From a virus (Duplodnaviria > Caudoviricetes), in the IMG/VR virus record IMGVR_UViG_3300032053_000071, positions 1 to 61,985 of that record: 61,985 nt of DNA, one strand, 5' to 3'. How positions within the stretch are numbered: position 1 is the first letter of the stretch; each line of letters opens with the position of its first letter. This document shows, one piece after another, positions 7,774 to 18,000 of this stretch. The translations under genes and the position numbers were made by a program. The notes under the pieces are model-generated. The model did not search any database and was not told the origin of the DNA. It was given only the letters and a program-made list of their open reading frames with translations.

Positions 7774-8552
7774 TGGAAATAATAGAAAGGAGATTAGGAT
7801 ACAGCAATACAGATATGCTGAAGCACTGCGAAATATTAAAATCAGTTATGTCAAAATCAAAAGAAGCTAAGATAGGCAGAGGTAAAACCGTTCAGACAAT
7901 TCAGATACCTAAGTACAAAGAAGATAAGGCTATTGTTGAGAAGATTAATAATAGCCTTTCTCATTATGCAAAGAACGATTTTGACTTTAGAGATTATCAG
8001 CGTGACATCATAAAGAGAGGCGTTGAGATAATACAGAAGCATGGCTTCTTGTACTTAGCCATGGAAGTACGTACAGGCAAGACGCTTACGAGTTTAGGAA
8101 TCGCAAACGAAATAAACGCAAAGGTTGTTTTATTTATCACAAAGAAGAAAGCAGTTACATCTATTGCTGCCGACTACAAAGCGCTCAGTCCTGACTGCGA
8201 TATAACTATCATCAATTACGAAAGCTTGCACACGGTACAAAACGATAGCAAATGGGATTTAATTATTTTGGATGAAGCTCACTGTTGTTTTTTGGGAAAC
8301 ACCCTAATTGATGGAATAAAAATAAAGGACATAAAATTGGGCTATTACCTAAATAGTTTTAACTTTGAAGAAAACAGATATGAAAAAAAGAAAGTTGTAA
8401 ATGTTTTTAAAAACAAATTAGACGAAAACTTAGTTAAAATAAAATGTAATGGAAAAGAAATCGTATGTACCGAAAGTCACGAAATATATACCAAAAGAGG
8501 ATGGGTTAAAGCAAAAGACATCTTACCCTCAGATGATTTGCAGGTGGTGTAA
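7773..8552 (+). CDS. SF2 (SNF2-like) helicase N-terminal fragment fused to split-intein N half
   Basis: FRDYQ, Walker A VRTGKT, INYES, DEAH; then CFLGNT...CTESHEIYTKRGWVKAKD (intein blocks A and B) and a stop. Confidence 0.85.
   Translation: MEIIERRLGYSNTDMLKHCEILKSVMSKSKEAKIGRGKTVQTIQIPKYKEDKAIVEKINNSLSHYAKNDFDFRDYQRDIIKRGVEIIQKHGFLYLAMEVRTGKTLTSLGIANEINAKVVLFITKKKAVTSIAADYKALSPDCDITIINYESLHTVQNDSKWDLIILDEAHCCFLGNTLIDGIKIKDIKLGYYLNSFNFEENRYEKKKVVNVFKNKLDENLVKIKCNGKEIVCTESHEIYTKRGWVKAKDILPSDDLQVV
8286..8552 (+). mobile_element. Split intein, N half (88 aa)
   Basis: Begins with Cys just after DEAHC; TxxH block B; GW..A.D.L motif; ends at TAA. Confidence 0.85.
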
Positions 8553-9210
8553 TAATAAACTAAGCCATAATCAGATATATGAATTTTTAAGAGGTAAAAC
8601 AAAAGGCAACTCTTGCAGCAAAAGTTGCTCTATGATGATCATGAATTATAAGACTAAAGAACTGTATGATAAAGCAAAAACTTTTAAATGTAAAAATTGT
8701 AGTCTGTTATTTAAGAATACAAAGGAGCATAAAATTTTTACGTGTTCTAAAAAATGCACAAATGAGTTGTCTTCTAAAAGAATGACAAGTAATAACCCAA
8801 TGTCTAGTAAAGACACAAGAATAAAAGTATCTAATACATTAAAAAAAATAAATCATAAACCTAAAATTCAAGGAGGGAATGGAAGGGTGGCTACAATTCA
8901 TCAATTGTCAATGTATAATGAATTATCTAAAATAGATAACTCGTTTGTAATGGAATTAATAGAAAAGACATCTCCATACACAAAAGATTTTAATTCTCCA
9001 TATCATTATAAAATAGATATAGCAAGTAGATTTTATAAGATAGCAATAGAAATAGATGGAAGTAGTCATAACTCAAAAAAAATAAAAGAATGCGACAGTC
9101 GAAAAGAAAAACTATTAAGTTTGAAAGGGTGGAAAGTATTGAGATTATCAAACTTTCAGATACAGAAAGAATTAACGAGTTGTGTGAAGATGGTATTGTC
9201 TATGATGTAG
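8449..9210 (+). CDS. Free-standing putative homing endonuclease (DUF559/Vsr-like) with Cys-rich N-terminal repeats
   Basis: YKIDIA...IAIEIDGSSH...DSRKEKLLSLKGWKVLRLSN; two CxxC...CSxxC units; NNPM motif; +1 frame relative to the helicase; AT-rich. Confidence 0.8.
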   Translation: MEKKSYVPKVTKYIPKEDGLKQKTSYPQMICRWCNNKLSHNQIYEFLRGKTKGNSCSKSCSMMIMNYKTKELYDKAKTFKCKNCSLLFKNTKEHKIFTCSKKCTNELSSKRMTSNNPMSSKDTRIKVSNTLKKINHKPKIQGGNGRVATIHQLSMYNELSKIDNSFVMELIEKTSPYTKDFNSPYHYKIDIASRFYKIAIEIDGSSHNSKKIKECDSRKEKLLSLKGWKVLRLSNFQIQKELTSCVKMVLSMM

Positions 9211-9260
9211 AAGTAGAAGATAATCATAATTACTTAGCAGAAAATATTCTTGTTCATAAT
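9090..9260 (+). mobile_element. Split intein, C half (57 aa)
   Basis: VESIE...VYDVEVEDNHNYLAENILVHN followed by Cys+1 at 9261. Confidence 0.9.
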
Positions 9261-10181
9261 TGCGGAGCATTTCCTAAACCTAACAAAAGGTCAACTATGG
9301 TTAGAGACCTTATAAGAAAGCTAAGACCAAAAGTAATACTCCTATCAGGAACACCAACGCCTGAGTCTTACTCTCAGATGTACCATCAGGTATACGCCAT
9401 ACCGGGAAATCCTTTTGCTGAGTTTCCTAACTTCTATCGATTTTGCGATAAGTATGTTAAGGTTAAGGAAAAGAAAGTGAATGGGCTTATGATACGTAAC
9501 TACACTGATGCGTATGAGACGATACTTGATAAGATGAGACCATATACCATCAACTACACACAGCAAGAGGCCGGGTTTATGACTGAGACTATAGAAGAGG
9601 TGCTTGAGGTTGTTATGAAGCCATCGACTTATAATATAATCAAGAAGCTTAAGCGTGACTTGATTGTGGAAGGAAAGGATGATGTGATACTCGCCGACAC
9701 GCCTGTTAAACTTATGATGAAGGTACATCAGTTGTGTTCAGGAACTATAAAGTTTGAGAGCGGTAACTCAATGATACTTGACCTGACTAAGGCTGAGTTT
9801 ATCAAGGAGCACTTTGATGGATTTAAGATTGGAATCTTCTATAAGTTTAAGGAAGAACTCAACGCGCTTCAGCAGGTGTTCGGAGATAATATCACAACAA
9901 ATCTTGATGAATTTAACGAAACAAATAAAATCATAGCTTTACAAATAGTTTCAGGTAGGGAAGGCATATCGCTAAAGGCCGCTGATTATTTGGTATATTA
10001 CAATATTGATTTTAGTGCGACAAGTTATTGGCAGTCAAAGGATAGGATGACAACAAAAGACAGATTGTGTAATAAAGTGTATTGGATATTTAGCAAAGGA
10101 GGAATAGAGCACGATATATATAAAGCTGTTACAAAAAAGAAAGACTTTACAATTAATCATTTCAAAAAAACACTATGCTAG
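9090..10181 (+). CDS. Split-intein C half fused to SF2 helicase C-terminal fragment
   Basis: After HN|C: GAFPKP, LLSGTP (motif III), SGREGISL, YWQSKDR (motif VI). Confidence 0.85.
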   Translation: MRQSKRKTIKFERVESIEIIKLSDTERINELCEDGIVYDVEVEDNHNYLAENILVHNCGAFPKPNKRSTMVRDLIRKLRPKVILLSGTPTPESYSQMYHQVYAIPGNPFAEFPNFYRFCDKYVKVKEKKVNGLMIRNYTDAYETILDKMRPYTINYTQQEAGFMTETIEEVLEVVMKPSTYNIIKKLKRDLIVEGKDDVILADTPVKLMMKVHQLCSGTIKFESGNSMILDLTKAEFIKEHFDGFKIGIFYKFKEELNALQQVFGDNITTNLDEFNETNKIIALQIVSGREGISLKAADYLVYYNIDFSATSYWQSKDRMTTKDRLCNKVYWIFSKGGIEHDIYKAVTKKKDFTINHFKKTLC

Positions 10182-10268
10182 AATTTTTAATAATACCTGC
10201 GACTATGTTTTTAGTTGCATGTATTGGATACATTTATACTATTATTATTTACTCTAAAGACGATAAAA

Positions 10269-10556
10269 ATGGAAAATAAAAGAAACGGATTAGCAGGGAA
10301 GCACCCATCATATGACAAACTAAATATGTCTCCTGAGAGAAGAAAAAAGAAGATAGCATACGATAAAAAGTATGCTGCCACTGATGAAAGAAAGAAGTAC
10401 AGGGTAGAACTTAATAAAGCCAACAGACAGGCAGGGACTTATGGTAACGGAGACGGTAAGGATATGAGCCATACTAAAGTTGGTAAGCTTATATCAGAAA
10501 GTGCTAGAAACAACAGAGCAAGAAATGGTCAGAACGGAAAATCTACCAAAAAATGA
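10269..10556 (+). CDS. Small basic protein with degenerate HNH-like motif
   Basis: GDGKDMSHTK...SARNNRARNG; ATG 10269 has an A-rich leader. Confidence 0.55.
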   Translation: MENKRNGLAGKHPSYDKLNMSPERRKKKIAYDKKYAATDERKKYRVELNKANRQAGTYGNGDGKDMSHTKVGKLISESARNNRARNGQNGKSTKK

Positions 10557-10735
10557 CACAAGAAGTAAAGCAAATCCTCAGAAACATAAGAGAAAAGAAA
10601 ATAGAAAATCCTGTGTTTTTGTGGGAAACCTATTACAACAAGGCACTAGATGAATGTATAGATGAGTGCATAACACAAGGAAAGAATGAGAGAGCAACAA
10701 ATACAGTCGAAGAAAATAAAGGAGTTAGAAGCTGA
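10553..10735 (+). CDS. Hypothetical protein
   Basis: 60-aa ORF coupled to the upstream gene by ATGA overlap. Confidence 0.5.
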   Translation: MTQEVKQILRNIREKKIENPVFLWETYYNKALDECIDECITQGKNERATNTVEENKGVRS

Positions 10736-10925
10736 GGGGTATTATGTTATTAAGCTTATCAGTACCAATAAGAATGGAATACCTGACCTTATAGCCATTC
10801 CTCCCGGCTCAGATGTATTATTCGTTGAAGTAAAAGGACCTAATGGAAGACTCAGTAAACTACAGGAATTTAGAATCAAAGAACTCGAATCATATCAAAT
10901 CAAAACAGAAATACACAAAGGATGA
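10686..10925 (+). CDS. VRR-NUC family nuclease (Holliday-junction resolvase-like)
   Basis: MREQQIQ, GIPDL, FVEVKGPNGRLSKLQ. Confidence 0.85.
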   Translation: MREQQIQSKKIKELEAEGYYVIKLISTNKNGIPDLIAIPPGSDVLFVEVKGPNGRLSKLQEFRIKELESYQIKTEIHKG

Positions 10926-11440
10926 AAACGCAAGACGAACAAACAATACTATCGGATATGGATTTGCTTAAAAGCATTGTTGAAGGAGCATTTTCAACAA
11001 ATTTATTATCTAAAAATAGAAGAAGAGATGTGGTAGATTGTCGTATGATTTTCTCAAAGATAATTAGAGAGAGAGGACATACGTTTAAGTCAATAGGCAA
11101 CTACCTATATAAAGACCACTCTACTATAATGCACTATATTATTCAGGCATCTAACCTGATAAAGACGGATAGGAAGATTATGGACATCTATATAAACTGC
11201 CGTAATAAGTTCCTAGAGAATAGAGAACCATTGGTGTTACACACTGACAGAGACTTAGTTAGAGAAGTGTTATCTTTAAGGAACCAAATTGATGACTTAG
11301 TGTTTCAATACGAGGAAATCAAAAAGATAGAAAAGAAATACGATAGGCTTAGTGATATTATAAATTTAATCGAAAACCGTACTCCTGTGGGTAAGGAGAA
11401 TCAAATCAAAAAGAAAATCAATGAAATGTTTAACGAGTAA
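10922..11440 (+). CDS. DnaA domain IV-like HTH protein with C-terminal coiled coil
   Basis: LLSKNRRRDVVDCR...TFKSIGNYLYKDHSTIMHY matches the DnaA IG..F.RDHTTV.H signature. Confidence 0.75.
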   Translation: MKTQDEQTILSDMDLLKSIVEGAFSTNLLSKNRRRDVVDCRMIFSKIIRERGHTFKSIGNYLYKDHSTIMHYIIQASNLIKTDRKIMDIYINCRNKFLENREPLVLHTDRDLVREVLSLRNQIDDLVFQYEEIKKIEKKYDRLSDIINLIENRTPVGKENQIKKKINEMFNE

Positions 11441-11443
11441 AGT

Positions 11444-11638
11444 ATGGAGCAAAATAAAAATCTTGATAATGATAGGGCCTATAGGATACACCTAAGGATT
11501 CATCATTGTCACATAACCCTATCTAACATCTATGAGAATTTAGTAGATAGAGATTTTAACTCCGTAAATAAAGACGCTAAACTAATTATAACTGAAATCA
11601 AATTTATTTTAAAAGCATTAGAAGATGATGACTTTTGA
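11444..11638 (+). CDS. Hypothetical protein
   Basis: 64-aa ORF within the operon. Confidence 0.6.
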   Translation: MEQNKNLDNDRAYRIHLRIHHCHITLSNIYENLVDRDFNSVNKDAKLIITEIKFILKALEDDDF

Positions 11639-12008
11639 TACGCCTGAAGACCTAAGAAGAGAAAAAAAAGCAATAGAATTGTTTGTAAATATGTTCAGCG
11701 GTTCCTACCAAAAGCTTGACCCCCAAGATGTAGACTATAAAGTCTTTGATAAAGATAACAAGCTGATTGCTTATGCTGAGGTTGTTAGCAGGGCAAGAAC
11801 AATGGTCACATCATATCCTCTTCCTATACCGGCAAAGAAACTTGTAAAGCTATTTGATAAAAGAATAACCCCTCTCATTATATGGTGTTGTGATGATGGG
11901 ATAATATATGCCAAAGCAAACGAGCTCAGAGGGGAAATCATTTCCGACTCTGAGCTCATTGTTTATTATAGCAAACAAAAAGAATTTAAGTACATTAGGT
12001 TTACTTAG
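11625..12008 (+). CDS. Hypothetical protein, possible restriction-endonuclease-like fold
   Basis: DVDY...YAEV pattern; last gene of the + arm, converging on the structural arm. Confidence 0.5.
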   Translation: MMTFDTPEDLRREKKAIELFVNMFSGSYQKLDPQDVDYKVFDKDNKLIAYAEVVSRARTMVTSYPLPIPAKKLVKLFDKRITPLIIWCCDDGIIYAKANELRGEIISDSELIVYYSKQKEFKYIRFT

Positions 12009-15000
12009 TATCCTCTTAACTTAATTTTTAGGTAACTTGATTTATAAGTTCCGTCTTTATTCTTTGCTCTTTTTTTACTTTTATGATAATTATACTCTTC
12101 ATCTTTCATCTGCCTTTTTTCTTTTCTTAAATCAGATTTGACTTCCTTTTCTGCATCGTCTTCTTCTCCAAATGTTTTATCATATAGGTCAGGATCGTAT
12201 CTCTTCATATCAGATTTGCTATCGTATCCTTGAAGCTGTTCTTCTAACTTTTCTTTCTCTTCCTTTCTTGTTAGTTTCTCTTCTTCATTTTGTTCGGTTC
12301 TTTTATAAGGGGCCTCCTTTGCCTCTCTTATCATCACTCTTATTTCTTTTATTTTAGTAGCATCTGTTTCATCATTTAACATTCTTCTAAGCGCCTCTAC
12401 CTCTTCTTTCATTTTAGCTTCTTTCTTTTTAAAAACCTCTGCTTTTTTTTCTGATGATTGACGAACAGAAGCTTCTTTACCACCCTCTTTTGTGCTACTA
12501 TTTTTCTTTGCTAATCTAAGTGAGTTTCTAAGAATAGCGTTCATCTCCGCAGGAAAGCCAATAAGAGAACTACCTGTAGATAATAATGCAACATCTCCTA
12601 ACGCACTAGCGGTTTTATTTGACACATATTTTTCTCTTCCGTACTCATCTATATACTTACCGGTTGTAGATATTTCAAACGCCTCAATTATTTGATCGGC
12701 TTTATCAATAGCTATACCATATAAACCCAAAGACTTTGCTCCATTTTTCTTAATACTCGTCATGAGATGAAACTTATCCTCGTCATCTATGTTCTCTAAA
12801 TCTTGAAAATAACTCATTACCTTATCAGTAGCTACAGCTACCGGAACATCCAACATAGGCAATGGAGAAAGTACATCAGTAACCATGCCTGTAGTTTGAG
12901 ACCTTTTTAATATCTCTTCTCTTTTCTTTTTATCATCATCTGTCTCATTTATACCCATTGCTTTAACTGCGACATTTGCTAACGTAGAAGCAATAACATA
13001 TTGCAAATACTTAAACGTAGCCATTTCTACGGCATAACCTGCAAGTGACCTTCTTGCGGTTGCCCTGTCTTCTTTTGTAGCTTCACCCTTTTTTGAAAAA
13101 GTAGTTTTCAAGTCGCTATACATTCTCATTGTCTGATTCATTCTAAAGCTTGCAAATGGCATCACCGTTTTTACCATTACATTTTTCAATGGGTCTTTGG
13201 TATTCATAAGTTTACCTTGCAAGTCGGCATCTGATATGTTCTGTTGTCTATCAACCATATCTTGAGCGTAATCCGCGGCCTCTTCATTTATCTTATCTTT
13301 TCCATAATCAAACTTTGATGGGTCTATACCTTGCTTCTTTAATCCTTTTTCATAATAAGTAATCCAAGAAGCTTTTGCTATCCATACGTCAGGCCTTTCA
13401 ATAAATGTTTTTAACGCTATCTCATTTGCCTTACCTAAAAAATCAATTATTTTTGATGCATTTGATGTATCAGCAGCCTCAGCTAATTTATTTATGGAAT
13501 CAACATTAACTCTAGACTTGCCACCCCTGATAGCAATTGCTCTTTGTGAATTATTAATAAAGTCTACCTTGTCTTTGTTCATAAAATAACGAAAATCAGG
13601 CATCCTTCCGGCATTGAGAAGTGTATTTATAGCAACAGGAATAGTTTGCTTAATAGGCTGAGTTATACCTGCCAATGCAGTAGCTGCACCTGCTGTACCG
13701 AGATTGCTAAGTTTTCTAAGAACACTTGTCAACTCATCTGTCTGAACAACTTGTCTTTGCCTTGTGGTTCTTATCAAGTCAGGAATAACTCCTTCCTTTC
13801 CGCTATTTCTAAATAACAAATCACGGTCTTCTTTATTAGGTATTATTTTCTTTATGGCTTTAGAAGAAAAGAACGACTCTATTTGTCTTACTGTTCCTGC
13901 AGTATTAATGTCCATCAAAGCATCCTGATATGCATTAATCATGTTCCTGTCAAAAGACAAGTCAAAGTATCTATCTTCCATACCATCAGCTTCAGGCCTT
14001 GTTGACTTCTCAAGTACGCCTGCCTTCTTTTTGTATACACCCTTGCCAAATATGTCGTTATTGCTATTATGGAATATTGACTCTCTTGAAGATGGCTCAA
14101 TGGTTTTCTCGCCTCCTGAAAGTAAGGAGAACTTAAAGTTAGTGTAGTTCAAATCTCTGTCTAACTTTTTATTGTAGATACTCTCAGACACATCAGCCAA
14201 TTGGTCGTATATATCAGACCACTTATCAATCCACCAATCAACAGCCTCAATGTTTTTATCGTCTGATTTTTTTAATACCTCATCAACTGTATTAGAATCT
14301 TTCAAGACTTTGTCGTATGCCTTCTGATATACATCAGCTAATTTACGCTCCTGCTCTGTTCCATCTCTCAAAAGCTCTATACTCTTTTCTGCTAACTTTT
14401 TCTTTCTTACAAACTCAGCCTTCTGCTGCTCTGGAGTTCCGGGTACGTCTCTTTTCATGGCTGCAATAATGCCTCTCTCGGCTACATTCTCAGCCGTATC
14501 AAATGCCTTGCCATTTGCTTTTTGTTTGTAGAACTCTTTAATGAATGAATCAGTAAGCACATTCATTGTTCTTTGTACGGAAGCCTTTTTGTTTACTAAC
14601 TCAGTAATGCCCGACAGTCTTTTAAACTCTTCTGATGCCGCTACACCACGGAACATCTGCTCTGTTAAATTAGGTAGCGTTGATATCTGCTGACCAAATG
14701 CTCTACCTGTTTTTTTGCTGAAGAATAATTTTAGTTTCTTAGCTACTACATTGTTTTCTATTGCCTTTGCTAAATTGTCTTTTGCTTTGTAGTCGGCATA
14801 AACGGTCTCCATGCTTGCAACTGATCCATTTCGAATGAAATTGTTTAGCGCATCAATAACACCAAGCTTTTCTTTGTCGCTAAGGTCTTTCATGTCCATA
14901 GACATAAACCTTTCAACAATCTTCTTTCTACCTTCAGACAAATCAATGTCCTCTCCGGTTAATGGGTCCTTGCCTGTGCGAAGTATCTCATCAACCATGG

Positions 15001-18000
15001 CAGCACTAGAGTCAAATATCTTGTTTACTCTTTCGGTTATCTTCTTAAGAAGACTATCATCTACCTTCTCGTTGCCTTGAACTTGACCTGTCTTAATTAA
15101 TTCAAGAACCTCGTCATCACTAAGGAACGTAGCGTCATCGCCCATTATTCCTCTTGCTGATTTTATTAGCTTGTCTTTATCAATTTTGTACTGCGCATCA
15201 AGCATCTTGTCAACATAATCGCCCATCTTAGCGATGTCAATCATGTCCGCTATTTTTATGGAATTATTCTTGTCCTTTGTAATTTTAGACCCTTCCAATG
15301 ACTCTCTTATTTTCTTGGCCATCTCATTGTACTCGTCAATATTTTCAACATCAGATGGACGTATTTTCAAGAATTGTTTTGCAAACACAGATAGGTCTGC
15401 ATTTTTCTTTTTATTGCTTGCAAGTGCTTTTATTGCTGCTCTTACGCCATTGGCATCATTTAATTTATTATCATACTCAGCATCTTCAAATAATTTCTCA
15501 GCATACTCAATAACTTTTTCAACTGCTGCATCATCCTCTAAATTAACCTTACTTATTTTGTTGAGTAAGGCGTCTACTTTTTTTGTGCTAATAGCTCCTG
15601 ACTTCTCTATTTGCTTGATGGCTTCTGCAAATACCTTTCTTCTCTCCATTAAATCCTTGGCAGTCTTTAATCCTTCTTTTACACCTCTGCCAAATGCCTT
15701 TATCTGCTCTTTAAGTGCAGTCTTCTCTGTCATGGTAACAACTTTAGGCGGCTCAACACCAAGTATTGTTTCAGGACTTGGAGACTTCTTTATTCTCTCG
15801 CCAAACTTCCTAACTACTTCCTTTACCATTGCATCTTGCTGAACTTGACTAGCGGTCTTGTATTCATTTGACTCTGTTAATATCTTCAATGCTTCTTCTT
15901 TAGAATCAGCAACATCTTTCTTATACGCTTCAGCTTCTGCCTTAGCCTTATCAAGCGCTTTCTTATTAGCCTCACTCTTATTGATTCTGTACTTATCCTT
16001 AGCTTTCTGCAAATCTCTATCAACATACTCCTTATACTTAGGTATTAGCAGTTCAATATCATCCATTACTCCTGTCTTAGTCTCACGACCTTCAGCCATG
16101 GTAACATCGGTAGGCTTACCTTCGGATACCGTAGCGCCGCCTGCACCAACAGTTACTGTAGTGCTTTCGGGTTTAGGGTTAGTAGTTTTTTGTTTTTTAG
16201 CTTTTTCTTTAGGAGGATTTTCTTTTAAATCGTTTTTAATAGTTTCTATATCTTCAGTATAATACCTATTGCTGTCTTCTCTGCTTTCTTTTACTTCCTC
16301 GTCTGATTCTCTTTTTCTTCTTGTTTCAAGCCAATCATCTGAGTTTATGAAATCGAGCATATGCTCTGCTCTTTTTAAAGATGCCAATCTTGGGTCTTTA
16401 TCATATAAGTCAGAATATTCATAACTATCTCCATCTTCTTCTCTACGTATGCGCTCGTCTTCTAAAAGATTATTTAATTTTATATTATCACTAATCTTTT
16501 TTTGTCTTTTAGTAATAGCCTCTTCAAAGTCATCTCTTTCTTTTTTAGCTTTGTTCAAATCTTCTATGGCAGCATCAGTATCATCTGCAGATGCTATTTT
16601 TCTTTTTGCTCTATTTACTTCATCAGTTAAATCAGAAAGCTTACGTTCTTCTTCTAACCTTAATTCTCTTTCTGTATTAGATTCATCCATCCATCCACTT
16701 GTCTTAGTCTCCGTTCCTTCGCCACCGGTAGTAACCTCAGTAGGACCACCACTTGTAGTAGCGGTAGTACTGCCGCCGGCTTGAATGGTTGTGCTTTCAG
16801 GCTTAGCCTCAGCAGCTTTATGCGCCTCAAGTGCAGCTTTGGCTCGATCAAGTATACTTACACTTGTCTCATCGTTTGGATTATCCTTAACATCTTCTTC
16901 CCAAAATTTAACCTTATCCTCTAGGTAAGCAATAGGGTTATCAAAGTATCTTTTAGCATCTTCCACATCTTGCTCATCGTAAGGATTGTCTAACTTTTCT
17001 TGTTGGTACGCATCTTCATCAGTGATGGCTTGCTTTTGTTCGGGAGTGAGGTTAGATTCGGCGTCTCCTTCGCCCACTTTTTGCAATCCCAATTCGGGTT
17101 GTTGGCCGAGTAACACGCTTTCATCTGTTGTTTGCTTTTGAATGGCATCTTCTTTTTGTTTATTGGTCATTAATTCGGTTAGCTCATTATTCAACTCTCC
17201 AAGCCTTGTTTTCTTGGCATCAATAAATGCTTTTATAGACGCTCTTTCTGAAGGTAATTTTGAGTCTGTAAACTTCTCTGACAAATCACTAAGCTCAGTA
17301 TCCAAATTTATTATCTCTGCATTCAGTTCTCTTTTTCTTGTACCAAACTCTGAATTGTCATAAGCATCGGCAATAGCCGATATCTTATCAATTATCATCT
17401 TCTTCTCGCTTACGCCAAAACTCTTATTGTTGTTTATTAAGTCAATAAGTGCATCTCTATGCTCAACAATGTCGTTAACTGTATTATGAGCATCTATTTT
17501 ATTTTGCAACTTAACAGCCTCATCTCCAAGAGTCTTCTTTTTTTGCATGTCAGGTTCCTTGAGGATAGCTTTTTTTATAGCATCCCTTGCAGTCATCATA
17601 GCCTGTATGTCATCTTGAGTAAGATTTGGGTCATAAGATACATCAAGGTTTGCCTTAGTCTCATTTATAACCCTTCCAAGCGAGTTAATAGGATTGTCAC
17701 TTAGTACGCTCTCATAGTAGTGGTTAGCTTCATTTTGGTTCTTATATATTGACCCGGCATGCAGTAAACTAAATCCAACGCCAGTGCCTGCCTCCATGAT
17801 CATCTCCTCAGTCGTCAATGCTCTTCTTTCTGTGGCAGCAACCCTCAATGCCTTAGCTGATGTAAACACACCTGCATTGGCAAGTGGATTTGATATAGCC
17901 GTAGCTATAGCACTATTAAGGCCTGTCTTTGATATAAATTTAGCTATAGCAGGAGAAACCTCACCTGCAGTCACACCAAGCACATGCATATACGCACCTT

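Noticed and set aside
8286-9260. A single contiguous intein with embedded endonuclease broken by sequencing frameshifts
   Set aside because: Intein and nuclease motifs occupy the same bases in different frames at the 3' overlap, so one frame cannot hold both. A read-level check is still advisable.
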